Shown: piece after piece, positions 1 through 12,850 of the stretch
Layout: each line of letters opens with the position of its first letter
How positions within the stretch are numbered: position 1 is the first letter of the stretch
Source of the DNA: Entomortierella parvispora E1425
Taxonomy: Eukaryota > Fungi > Mortierellomycota
NCBI GenBank assembly: GCA_020891255.1
Contig: BQFW01000006.1
Coordinates: 2,294,001-2,358,000 of the forward strand
Reading direction: 5' to 3'
DNA: 64,000 nucleotides
Position numbers and translations under genes: made by a program
Notes under the pieces: model-generated
The model's input: only the letters and a program-made list of their open reading frames with translations
The model's database searches: none
What the model was told of the DNA's origin: nothing

Positions 1-439
1 GATTCAAAACACACCCCAGTCGATTGCCCTTTGCGAGCCAATAGACCAGCTCACTTTCAAGGCCGTAGGACGATACCCATAGGTCCTCAAGATGTGGATG
101 CATTGAGCCCTTTCTGCATGAACACAATTATGGGCTTGGCCAATGGCAGGGCTGCGCTGTCCGATTTTTTGTGGAGCTCCTCGGGCTCGATCTTTTGCCT
201 TGCAACCATGCATATAAAAGTGGCCAAGGGCCGTCCATATGGCATCAGCTGGGGTGGCAGAAGATTTGAGCGAGAAGGTATCCTCTTAACCTCCTTGAGT
301 AGTCGCCGTATCCGTCTTGGGATAGTCCGATCCCTGACGAATAGTCCAATGTCGACGTTCATATAGAGGGGAAGGGGGCAGGATCCAACTTGATTCACGA
401 TACAAGGGCCAGTCCTTGAGGAAGGAAATAGTTTCGTAC

Positions 440-962
440 CTGCCAGCTGACTCCATGGGAAAGGTTCTCGATGATCAAGCGATGCTCGGTCCTCTCTGGG
501 GGGCGGAATCTGTGAAGGGTGTAGGTCAGGTATTAATTCAAATTTCATCGATCATTCCCAAGAGTCGAGCTGGATTATCATATCCAGACATGTACCTGCG
601 GTCGTCTCTATCGTCACGACGATCGCCACCTTCCCGTCTTCTGTCTCCACGAGCGAGTTCGACAACAAGTCTGGTTGTCAAATTAGTAGGCCAAGGGCAA
701 GGGTATGTTAGTGGCTTGACATGTTTTGCATCTCGCATTTCAAAAGAACACCAGGGTTGTATACATACCTCTCGCCCATGAAGTCTTTGCCGTGGAAGTC
801 ATGAACAGCATCATCGGCATCCTTAGGGTCACTGAATTCAACAAACCCAAAGCCGTTCTTGAGAGTGACCTCACGAAGGCGGCCATAGTTCTTGAAGAGG
901 CCCTCGACATCACGGTCAGAGGCGTCTCTAGGGAGATGTCCCAAGTACACACGAGTGGACAT
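440..962 (-). CDS. SR-family splicing factor, SRSF4/5/6 (S. pombe Srp2)-like, two RRMs; 5' part only, gene continues past the left edge
   Basis: Exons 962-769, 670-596, 509-440 (339 nt, GT-AG, in frame) give MSTRVYLGHLPRDASDRDVEGLFKNYGRL...KNGFGFVEF...GERLVVELARG...RRFRPPERTEHRLIIENLSHGVSWQ: RRM1 with RNP1, then the start of the SWQDLKD-type RRM2. The intron from 439 runs off the window. Confidence 0.9.
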
Positions 963-1461
963 GTTATAGATGGAAGAAAAGGGGAGGGGGAGCGAGGAAA
1001 GAGGAAAGAGAAAAGGGAAAAGGGGAAAGGAAAGAGGGAAGGAAGGAAGAGCGGATTTGTCACCGGTTGGATTGCGGGCGGGATGCGGATGAGGAAAAAA
1101 GAGTCTGATGAGAAGATGAGGGACAGAGAGGGAAAAAGTGGGAAAAAGTGGGGGGATGCAGGCGATGCGATGCAGGCCGTGCGGTGACGTGTCCTCTTGG
1201 CTCCCAAGGGGAGCAGTGGATGGATGGATATCCATATATATCCCCATATCCCTTGGCTGCACTTCATTCATCTCGACCCCGTCGCATCATCTCCGCACCT
1301 TCCCCATCTTTCCTCATCCTCTTCATCCTAGGGTTGTCCCGACCTGGTTCTTTCTTGCCTTTTTTTATCACATCTCCTTTCTTTTATCCAAACAGCGGGG
1401 CCAACTGTTGCACCCATAGCCACTACCTACCCCATTTCACTTTCCTTCCCCACATCTCATC

Positions 1462-3636
<2,175 letters not shown>

Positions 3637-6273
3637 AACAAGAGAATTTGGTCAAGAACTGGAGACGGACGGAGAACGATTCACTTGTACAAAAGTCGAA
3701 AGACACCACCACCTATGGAAATAAATATATTTTTACTGTAATGTCATTTTGGTGGTCATCAGTCTGTCGACATTCGTTTCACTATCATCCCTTGTCCTGG
3801 CTTGCACTTGACCGAAGTGTCTTGATCTTGATCGGATCGTCCAGTTTGTGAAGCATCCTCCTGTGTTTCTGCGCAATTTTTCTCAATCCTTGAGCATGGG
3901 CTTGAAACTATCAAGAATAATCCAAAGTGTATGATCGTGGCTGTAATAAGTGGAAGCTCTTATGAGCTCATTTTGTAATTATCAAAGGGGCATGGACCTT
4001 TTACTTCACAGTGAACATATGGCGCAAGATCATGGGCATCTCAATCCAAACTATTGGTAGCAGCAATGCAGCCGCAGCAGGGGAGCAATCTTGTTGATCT
4101 AGGCGATAGGACCTCCAAGCATCATCATGGAGCAATTGGAGATGTCAGCCTATCAGAGCAGTTATTGTAGAGGAGTGTAGATGAATGAAGCGGACACATC
4201 CTACTGAGGATGTCATGCCGAAAGGATGCTTTCATTTTCATTTTTATTTTTTTATTATTGTTGAAGGCATCTACACCCACACAGGCACACACTCGGTCTC
4301 TCTTCGTCTCTCTGCCTCAAGCAGTCGGGACATGGACTTGGAGTAGAAGAGAGGTGAGGAGGGTGGCCTTGCACTCTCAGATCAGCCATGGCTGTGTGGT
4401 CAAGACCAGGTTGTCGGTGTTGGGGTTGATATATCTTTTTTATTCGAGATTTTTATTCCTTTGATTTGATCTGTCGCGCACAGGCCAGAACGAGGGATGG
4501 GGGGCCATCCTTGCACAGAAGCTCCTTCCTTGCTTGACCTTGGCCACGCATCTCTGGAATCGATGGTGGATGCCAACAGCACCGTCACTCTACGATCTCA
4601 ATCTGACTCCACTCTGCGACCACCTTGCGTTGCATCCAGCTGGACATCCACACATTAAGCAACATCCCCACTCTCTCAATTCACCCCCTCTTTTTCTTTG
4701 CGTTGGCTCTCCATTGACCACAGACACCACCTCTCGACACATCCACCCTCTGCCGTGTTCTTCATCTCTGCCATCTCCACTTAAACCCGGCCTCAGCAGT
4801 GTCCAAGTGCACTCGGAGCATCCGTGTCAAGAGGCTGTCAAAGAACGAGAAGAAAGAGGCGTTGTACCGAAGGCCGTAAGTGAGGATCCTACCTCGGACC
4901 ATTTTCACGTTCTTTCTTTCCGGACCAACAACTCCACCTTGACCAGGACAGTTTGGGCTCCATGGTGACAGATCTCCCCTCCGAGTGCCCATACTCCTCT
5001 TCCACCATCACCCTGCAACAGGCTGAGATGACATTCCCTCATCGTAGCCTTGAATCCCTCCGTCTCTCGCACCCCGACAACACCACGAGTCTTTCGCTTT
5101 AACTCGCGTTTTTCGGATTCTCGTTTATTCGAGTTCCTTTAAAACGACTTGGTGTTTTTTTGTTTTCTCCACTGCTCCCATTCAACGCTGATCTCCTTCG
5201 TCTCATCCTTGATCCCTCACATCCCTCTTTGCCCTTCACCTCGACCGCCACTGCTCATCTCCTCTGGTCCTGGCTCTACCCCACTCCCTCGTTGGTATGT
5301 GCCGGCTGTCCAACCACAACTATCTGTGTCCACAGTCCTGTTCTTGCCTCGCCACTCCCCGTCTCTGCCACCAAATTCTACATCGGGCGACTTCAACTAT
5401 CGTTCCTGCTGCTTGCACTTGTCAATATCCCATGCCAAACCTCTTTTGATCCGTTTGCCCACTGCCAAGCGACTTGGGCACACCTTCCTCCCACTTTCTC
5501 GCCGTTATATAGCCTGCTCATCGATTCATCGCCGGGACAGTGCCGTGTGTCTCCCTGTCGACTTGCTGTGGACATTTCTGCTCTTTCAAATGTCCAATGA
5601 TCCACCCTTCTATCCACGCTACCCTTCTCTCCACCCTCCTTAATGACTTGCAGCAGCAAAGAGTCATCCTCGTACCTGCTGCATACTTTTCTGAGGATTT
5701 GAAGACAAAAAAATATTACTCGAGGTGTGAATGGAGACGATTCGATCTCTTTTTTTCCCCTCATCGATTCTTGAATCAGCAAGATCTCTTCACCTCACTT
5801 TCACCAAGCACCTCCGACCGAGGTCCACACCCTGGTCCCCCATCCTCTCGTGCGCCTGCTGCACTCTTCTATACCGATATCCAGCTTTGGTTCTCTTGGC
5901 AAGTCCAAGTATTGTTGTCTGGGCTGTTACTGACTGACCTCATATTCTTTTCTGTAGACATCTTGCCTACTTTCCCACAGACACCCTCACATCACCTGCG
6001 GCGTAAGAGGCGATACCGAACCACTGATCTCACCAAAGCTTCTTGGACTCTTTGGAACTTGTAAGGTGGATAGTACGCTGAAGACACGGCAAAATCTCGT
6101 CGTCGTACGCGTCCTATTCCAAAAACCATTTCCAGTGCATTTGCCTCCAGTCGTAGAGTGCAACTCCTTGGGCACAATTTTTTTTTGTTCAAGGCCATTA
6201 CCCTCTGAGAAACGTCATCTCGACAAGCTTCTGGGAAGAGGACAGCGTCAACGCCCATTCACTGGAACAACAA

Positions 6274-9200
6274 ATGGCGGATTCTCCAAGCTCATCAACG
6301 TCCCCCACAATCGGGACATCCAAACAGTCCCCACCTGGCAGGTCGCAACCCGGTACATGGTCTGGATCACGGCCAGAGCCACCAACGGTTCCAGAAGAAG
6401 GGGCACCAGAGGCTGCTGCACAGCCGCCGGTGCATACTGTGGCGCCTGCTCGAAGCGATCGAAAAGAGGGTAGATATTAGATGTCTGACATTTTTTTTGG
6501 GGGATATACTCGATTCGACATCGGAACTAATAATCGGTTGCAATTGAACTCATTGTCATCCTCGATGATCTCTGATAGACAATACTGGTGAACAAACAGG
6601 ATCCGACACGAGTTTCAAGATTCGCATACCCAGAGATCTGCCCAATATTCCAGACGCATTTCGGAAACAAAGCTCGGTTCCGACCATATCAAAATTGCAA
6701 TCCATACCAATGGATTCACGTTCATTATCAGCAGGAGCAGAGACCCCCACCAGCACCGCAACTTTCGAAGGGGCTGAGCCAATTAAACGATCACACAGCG
6801 AAATGCTTTCGACAGAGCCAGAGTCAAGGAAAGCGCATTTCCCCATCTTTGGTATGTATAATCCAAGAGATTTCCGGTGTAATTTCGTAATTTCGTACTT
6901 TTTCATTTTTTTTTTCCTGTTCTCAAATGCAGAAAACTGACATTGCCCTCTCTTCGTGATGGCCAATAGACAAGAAACGAAGACTTGCATCCTCGTCACC
7001 AACCATCGTTGAGCCATCCTCGCAGATTAGTCCCTCGACAACGTCGGGGTCACCAACCGCAACAACCACATCCGTTTTTACACACCTATCTGTTGCGCCC
7101 GAGGTTTCCCAAACAGAGGGAACCAATTCGTCCGCGCTGCTTTCGCCAGGGAAAAGGCGCTCACGGAGCCGGACACACTCGGGCTCCAATTCACCAGCAC
7201 CGTCCCATCTTCTGGCCAGCCCCTCATCCTCAGAGACCGCACCACCTACAGACGCCGAGGAAATGATTATCAAAACAGAATCTGCTCCTTCACCGAAACC
7301 ATTTGCCATTCCAGCAGTCGTGGTTCCGATGCGTACGGATCGATCCCCTTCTATAGACATTGAGCTCCTGGATGTAGAAATCACGGATGCAAAGTATCCT
7401 GAGCTGACACCGATGGAGCTCGTTCGAGTTGGCACCATGATTTTGGATACACTGCTGAGCGACCCCATTTGCAGTAACTTTGTGAACAGGGTTCCGCAAT
7501 CGCTGACACTCTATCACGCCGTCATCAAGAACCCCATGGATCTGACAACCATCGAGGCAAAGCTTTGGAAAAGCCTCGATGTTCATCAGACCCTGCCAAG
7601 CGAACCTTCCACACCGTCTTTGACTGCTGCTACCGATCATTTAGACCTGTCAGCAGTGGAAGGGTACAAGGGCCTCCAGGACTTTGAGAACGACCTCCGA
7701 CTGATATTCCAGAACGCTGTTCACTTCAACAGCCCCGGTGACCCTGTTCACAAACACGCTCAAGCATTTAAAATCCTCTATTCTGCCTTGCTGGGCGCCT
7801 GCCAACAAGGGTGAGTCTTTGTCATGGGTCAACCAATGTTATTATCCCGCTTTTGGATCTCTACACACTAGAAACTAATCGATTCAATCTCACTCTACGT
7901 TTCTGCACCAAAGGCGTTTAGACCCAGATTCAACAATACCCCAGGAGGTTTACAGTCCATCGACAATACCTTTGTCCGAACCAGGGTATGCACATGATAT
8001 CCACCAATGATTGCAATGAGCCGTTGAATGGCTATTTTTTAACAAAGTATTTCGTCTTTGCATTTCGACATCTAGGACATTGTATATTTGTCGAGCACAA
8101 ACTCTGCGCGAGATGAGGCAAAAAATGACAGACTTGTCAGTTGAGCTCTATACCAGCTTTCACCAACCGTTGATGGAGGTGACTCAAGAGATTGGGCTGC
8201 TCACTGAAGATAAGCCACGGTTCGTTCGACTCTACATCAGCAAGAATCGCCGTGGCTTATACAACTGTCGAGACGAGTATGGGGCCAAGCTCGCCATTGT
8301 GAGCGACATGTCGACAGGAAAGCCATACACTTCACAAGTCCAGTATGCGGCTGATGGAACGACGATTGTTGGAGGTGGCGAGAAAGTAATACGACTCACG
8401 GCGCGAGTATTAATCGGAAAACCGGTGGGAGAGGGCCACGACCTCTCTACTGTGGGAGACTTGGATTGCCCGAGCACCTGGATCATGGTCGCGTGTGTGA
8501 AGGCCATCGCGATAGACGTAGAGATTCCTGCAAGGTACGAAAAGGGTGGCCTCACCAAAATGAGGAGCGAAGTTGTCTCTCTTGGTCCCGGCTCCAAGAT
8601 GAGGGAAGACCTCATCCATCTTCTCGCAGATGCCATGGGCCTCAAATTGGGGCCAGCCACCCAGGGGGGCTCGACGATCCCCAGTTCGTCTATCGCCCCT
8701 TCTTCAGCGCCATCGTCTGCTCGCCCAAGTATACCAGTCTCGCGACCGTCGAGTCAGAGGCACCAACCTTCATCTGCGATGGCCATGAATGCAGCCCGTG
8801 GCGATGTCTATGAATCCTCAGGTCCGGCCCAGATCAGGTCCTGGACAGAGAGTACATTACCTCCTTCTCGTCCTCCCCAACCGTCCCGCGACTCTAAACG
8901 ACCAGCGCCATCACCTCTAGAGTCTGCACCTCCACCGCAGCGGCCAGCATTGTCGCAGCACAATGATAAACAAGACGCACTCGGAATCCAGGCGCCAAAG
9001 CCTGTACGAGCGCCTGTTGTAGAGTAAGTGAGGCTTTGCCACCGATGCAATGTGGATGTGCAACCAGTTCACCTTGAACTAATTCTTTTTTTTTGTTTGT
9101 TTGTTCGTTTGTTTGTCTCTCAGGCCTTCACCGCCTTTGGCATCCAAAGCAATCTCCATGCCCAAGCCTGTCAACACAACAGCCCCCGAGATAGCAGGTC

Positions 9201-10630
9201 TGACCCGCAGCAGTTCTAGAATCTCAAACCAAGCCGCCTTTGCTATCGCTAATAACAAGGAACCTTTACCAAAGGTGGAGTTCATGGAGCTTGACTCTGA
9301 GGTGATTGTGCCCCTGTCGAGCGGATCCTCAGAGCAGCGGGCATTGACACGACGTGAGCTGCAACTACTTCGAGATCTCAAGGTGGCGGCACACCATCGA
9401 CATATTCCTTACACCCGATGGAGCGATATCGAGCCGACCCTGACGGTCGACTCGGCTTTTGGGCTCTTCAAACGGATATACCATGTTCAAGGCAATGACG
9501 GTTTGGTCGTCCAGAACTTCAAGGAGATGGATGTAGAGTCGTTTGAGCAGCGGGTCCGAGAAGTCGCCTGTCTACTCAAGCTCCGCGGGCTGGAAGGCAT
9601 TGGTCAGATCCAATCGGTGATTGATGACGAAAAGGACCAGCTCGTGGGTCTTTCTATGACAAAGTAAGATGCCGTTCCTGTCTTTGGAATGTGCGCTACA
9701 TGCTTCTTTTGGTTTTCTGTCGAAAGGCTCGTGCTTATTTTTTTTTTTTTTTTTTTTTTTTTGCGCAACTTTAGATACGAATACACGCTCAAGGCCTACG
9801 CGACCAATGCTCGTCGTGCACCCAGTCCACATCAGAAACTGAGTATTGTCCAGGACATGGTGGCAGCCATCAGCAGGATCCATGCCGCTGGATTGGCCCA
9901 TCGCGATTTGAGCGAGGTCAATATCATGATTGATGAGGACCCCGTTAACAAATTGGGGGATGGCACTCCTCGACCGCTTGTGCGTGTGATCGATTTTGGA
10001 AAGTCTGTGTTTGTGGAGGCAGATGAGGTCAAGCGATGGAGTATGCTCGAGACTGTGCCCGAAGAAGAGCTGGCGCTCTTGCCTTTGGTGATTCTACCCC
10101 CCGACCATGGGTACAAGCTCTATAGGTAAGAGCAAACGGATAATTCTAAAAAAAAAAAAAGCGATGACATGGAACTCTCCCTGTGTCGTGCATGCTCTTG
10201 AAGACTCACTTTTTTTTTTCTTCTTTTGTCGTTGCTTAGATCCATTTTGACACTGCCCAGGAGCAAGTCCGATCACACCCCACTCCCCCCAGTGGATCCC
10301 CGCTTGGAAGACGTGTATTCTATGGGAGTTTTGATCTGGCGAACGTTCAGTGGCAAGTCACCCTGGGCAGGCGCGATCGAGGATGACATTCGGGCGATCC
10401 GGTGCCTCGTCTGCAGCGACCATCAGATCAAGTTCCACATTGGTCGTGAGGTCGAGGGACCTCGAAGCCGCGAACTGCTGTTGAAGTGCTTGACCGCGCA
10501 GGCCGAGACTCGATGCACGGCAGAGCAGATCTTGAAATGGCTGGGACAGGCCCATGTATTACGGGATCTTCTCCAAGAGTTTGAGAGTGTAGGCGCGGGA
10601 CGAAAACGGGTCAAGAAGAACCTGGATTAG
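6274..10630 (+). CDS. Bromodomain + unknown beta-rich domain + C-terminal atypical protein kinase-like domain (~1,200 aa, about 8 exons)
   Basis: Each junction keeps frame (approx. exons 6274-6469, 6578-6851, 6969-7810, 7911-7985, 8076-9024, 9124-9663, 9775-10125, 10240-10630). Bromodomain motifs YHAVIKNPMDL and DLRLIFQNAVHFN. Kinase motifs HRDLSEVN, IDFGKS, DVYSMGVLIW. Start codon uncertain. Confidence 0.8.
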
Positions 10631-11029
10631 TGGTTCGTCTCTCTTTCTCTTCTCTTTTTTTTTGGAATTCTTGAGAAAAAAAAAAAAAAAAAAAGAAAAA
10701 AAACTCAATTGTACTGTACAAAAACAAAAAATAATAATAGAAGTAGCAACAGGGGAGTGAGAAAGATCCACCCTGGAAAAACAATGAAGTTTGTATATCA
10801 TGAAAGGCAATGTGGAGAGATGTGGAGACACTAAGAGGCACAATGACGCGCTGAAGACGACGTGTTTTACTGATCTTGTCGGTTGAAGGTAAAAAAAATA
10901 GTGCATGTTCATTATTGTTTGGAAGGTGTATTTGTGGTAGCGTGAGCAGTAGATGGGGATATAAGACGATTGGGATCGTAATGACTGTGGCTATGATACA
11001 ATGAATGGGGAGAAAGGGAGGGGGTTTTT

Positions 11030-12322
11030 TTACAACAGAGTGCACATCAATGCTGTCGAGGAGGCGAGCACCACCAACAGGGCGAGCGTGACGCGGTGGC
11101 GGATCTGAAGACGAACTGCCAACGAAGGCACCGACTGTGTCTTTTCTGCGTCGGAGGGAGTCAACTTGACGTCGCTGCCAAAGCCAGTCTTGGCCCCCCC
11201 GACATTGTTGTTTGCGGCCCTGTCGGGAGTAGGAGGAAGAGGGGCGACGCTGTTGATGTACATCTTGGCCGCGTTGGGTTTCCCACCCGGGTTGGCTTGC
11301 AAGCCCTTGATCCTGAACTGCCGATCTTGCACCAAAAACCCGCTATTGTCCATGGCCGCGGTCGAAGCAGAATTGACCGTGTTGGCGTTATCGAGGGCAT
11401 TGACATGCTTGTTCTTGCCCTTGACCAAAAACTCGAGCAACTCAAACCGCTTCCTGTTCTTTGGGTTGTTTTGACCATTGCCTGCTGCAGCTACGGACGC
11501 ACCACCCGGGTACATGACCGTGGGTAGATCGGTCAAGGTGGCGACCCGGGGGGCATCCGAGGTCTTGAGGACGACGCGAAACTTTTCCGAAAAGTCGAAA
11601 TCCGCATCCAATGCCTTGGGGATCTGCCATGACTTCCACAGGAAGGGTTCGTTCTTCTTGGCCAGATTCTGGGGCACCTCGGTGCCCTCGGGGACCAAGA
11701 CCGCCAAGCGGACCTTGCCAAATTCATCCATCAATTCCAACGAAGCCGATCGAGGCGGTTGAGCGCCTTTGGGGGTCAACATCCAGAAATCAATCTTGTT
11801 CTCTCCGGCCACATAACTGGAACGGTAGTTGAGATAGTAGAAATCCAAGCCTGGGCCTACCGTGGGCAGGAACGCGAGCTTTTGTTTGCCTTCGGCTTGC
11901 GCCTCGATCTGGAGCTGCAATGGCGCGGCCTTGGGGGACATGGAGACATCCATGATCTTGATCTGTTTGTCCGGTGTCTTGTTTCCCTTCTTGGCAGGGG
12001 CTGCTTCACTGCCGAGGGAGAGGATCGACATGGAGGCAAAGGAGAGCAGGATAAGCAAAGTCCAGAGGGAGGGGATCGAGACTCTGAAAAAAGCCGAGTG
12101 GGAACGACGATTGGGTGGATGGGAGAGAAAAGACGAGGCAAGGACGGTCGAGCGTTCCTTGGAAGGGGACAGGGCCGGGCAAAGAAAGTTCACGGCCATG
12201 GCCAAAGTCCTTAAGGCGACTTTTGAAGGTGCCGTGGATTTGAAGGGATCCATAGCCTTTAGAAGCGAGGAGTGCAAAAAGGAATGAGAGATGGGTAGTG
12301 AAGTTGTTGGCATCTCGAGCAT
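11030..12322 (-). CDS. Hypothetical membrane/cell-surface protein (~430 aa, intronless)
   Basis: Long open frame from ATG 12322. Internal hydrophobic signal-like segment (SLWTLLILLSFASMSILSLGSEA), a beta-rich central domain, and a C-terminal hydrophobic tail (VTLALLVVLASSTALMCTLL) resembling a GPI signal or tail anchor. Confidence 0.7.
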   Translation of the reverse strand: MLEMPTTSLPISHSFLHSSLLKAMDPFKSTAPSKVALRTLAMAVNFLCPALSPSKERSTVLASSFLSHPPNRRSHSAFFRVSIPSLWTLLILLSFASMSILSLGSEAAPAKKGNKTPDKQIKIMDVSMSPKAAPLQLQIEAQAEGKQKLAFLPTVGPGLDFYYLNYRSSYVAGENKIDFWMLTPKGAQPPRSASLELMDEFGKVRLAVLVPEGTEVPQNLAKKNEPFLWKSWQIPKALDADFDFSEKFRVVLKTSDAPRVATLTDLPTVMYPGGASVAAAGNGQNNPKNRKRFELLEFLVKGKNKHVNALDNANTVNSASTAAMDNSGFLVQDRQFRIKGLQANPGGKPNAAKMYINSVAPLPPTPDRAANNNVGGAKTGFGSDVKLTPSDAEKTQSVPSLAVRLQIRHRVTLALLVVLASSTALMCTLL

Positions 12323-12850
12323 GGTGCGAAAACAAACGAGTACTGTGGATAGAAGCACCTGATCAGGGACAGACAGTAAAAAAAAAAAAAAAAAAAAAAA
12401 AAGAGCTGAGTAATGATACAAGCGCGTTGAACCAGCAGACAATGGCTGGAAAGAGTCGAGTTGAAAACGGTTGAAGGGTGTGGCTGTTTCTGCTTGTTGT
12501 GTTGTGGTTTGCAACAATGGGGGTGAAAGAATCGAGGGTTGAACAGGAGGTGCCCTTTATATCTCCAGGGATCGAGGATCGCCCTAGGGACACGGCGGCA
12601 AAGGAAGCCAGGTGAGACCCCAACGGACAGGAAAATAATTTTTCGTTTGCTTGCGGGCCGTTGCGCATCATCCTCCCATTCCACATTCCCCGGCGTCCTG
12701 GCTGCTGTCAGCAAAGGTCGCGTCAAGATCATCTTTTTTTTTTTTTTTTCATTTCAGGATGGATGGAGGGAAAGGATTTTACGGGGATAAATTTTTATCC
12801 TCATGATTTTATTCTCGATTTCATAGTATGAAAAACATGTGGAGCCCAAC

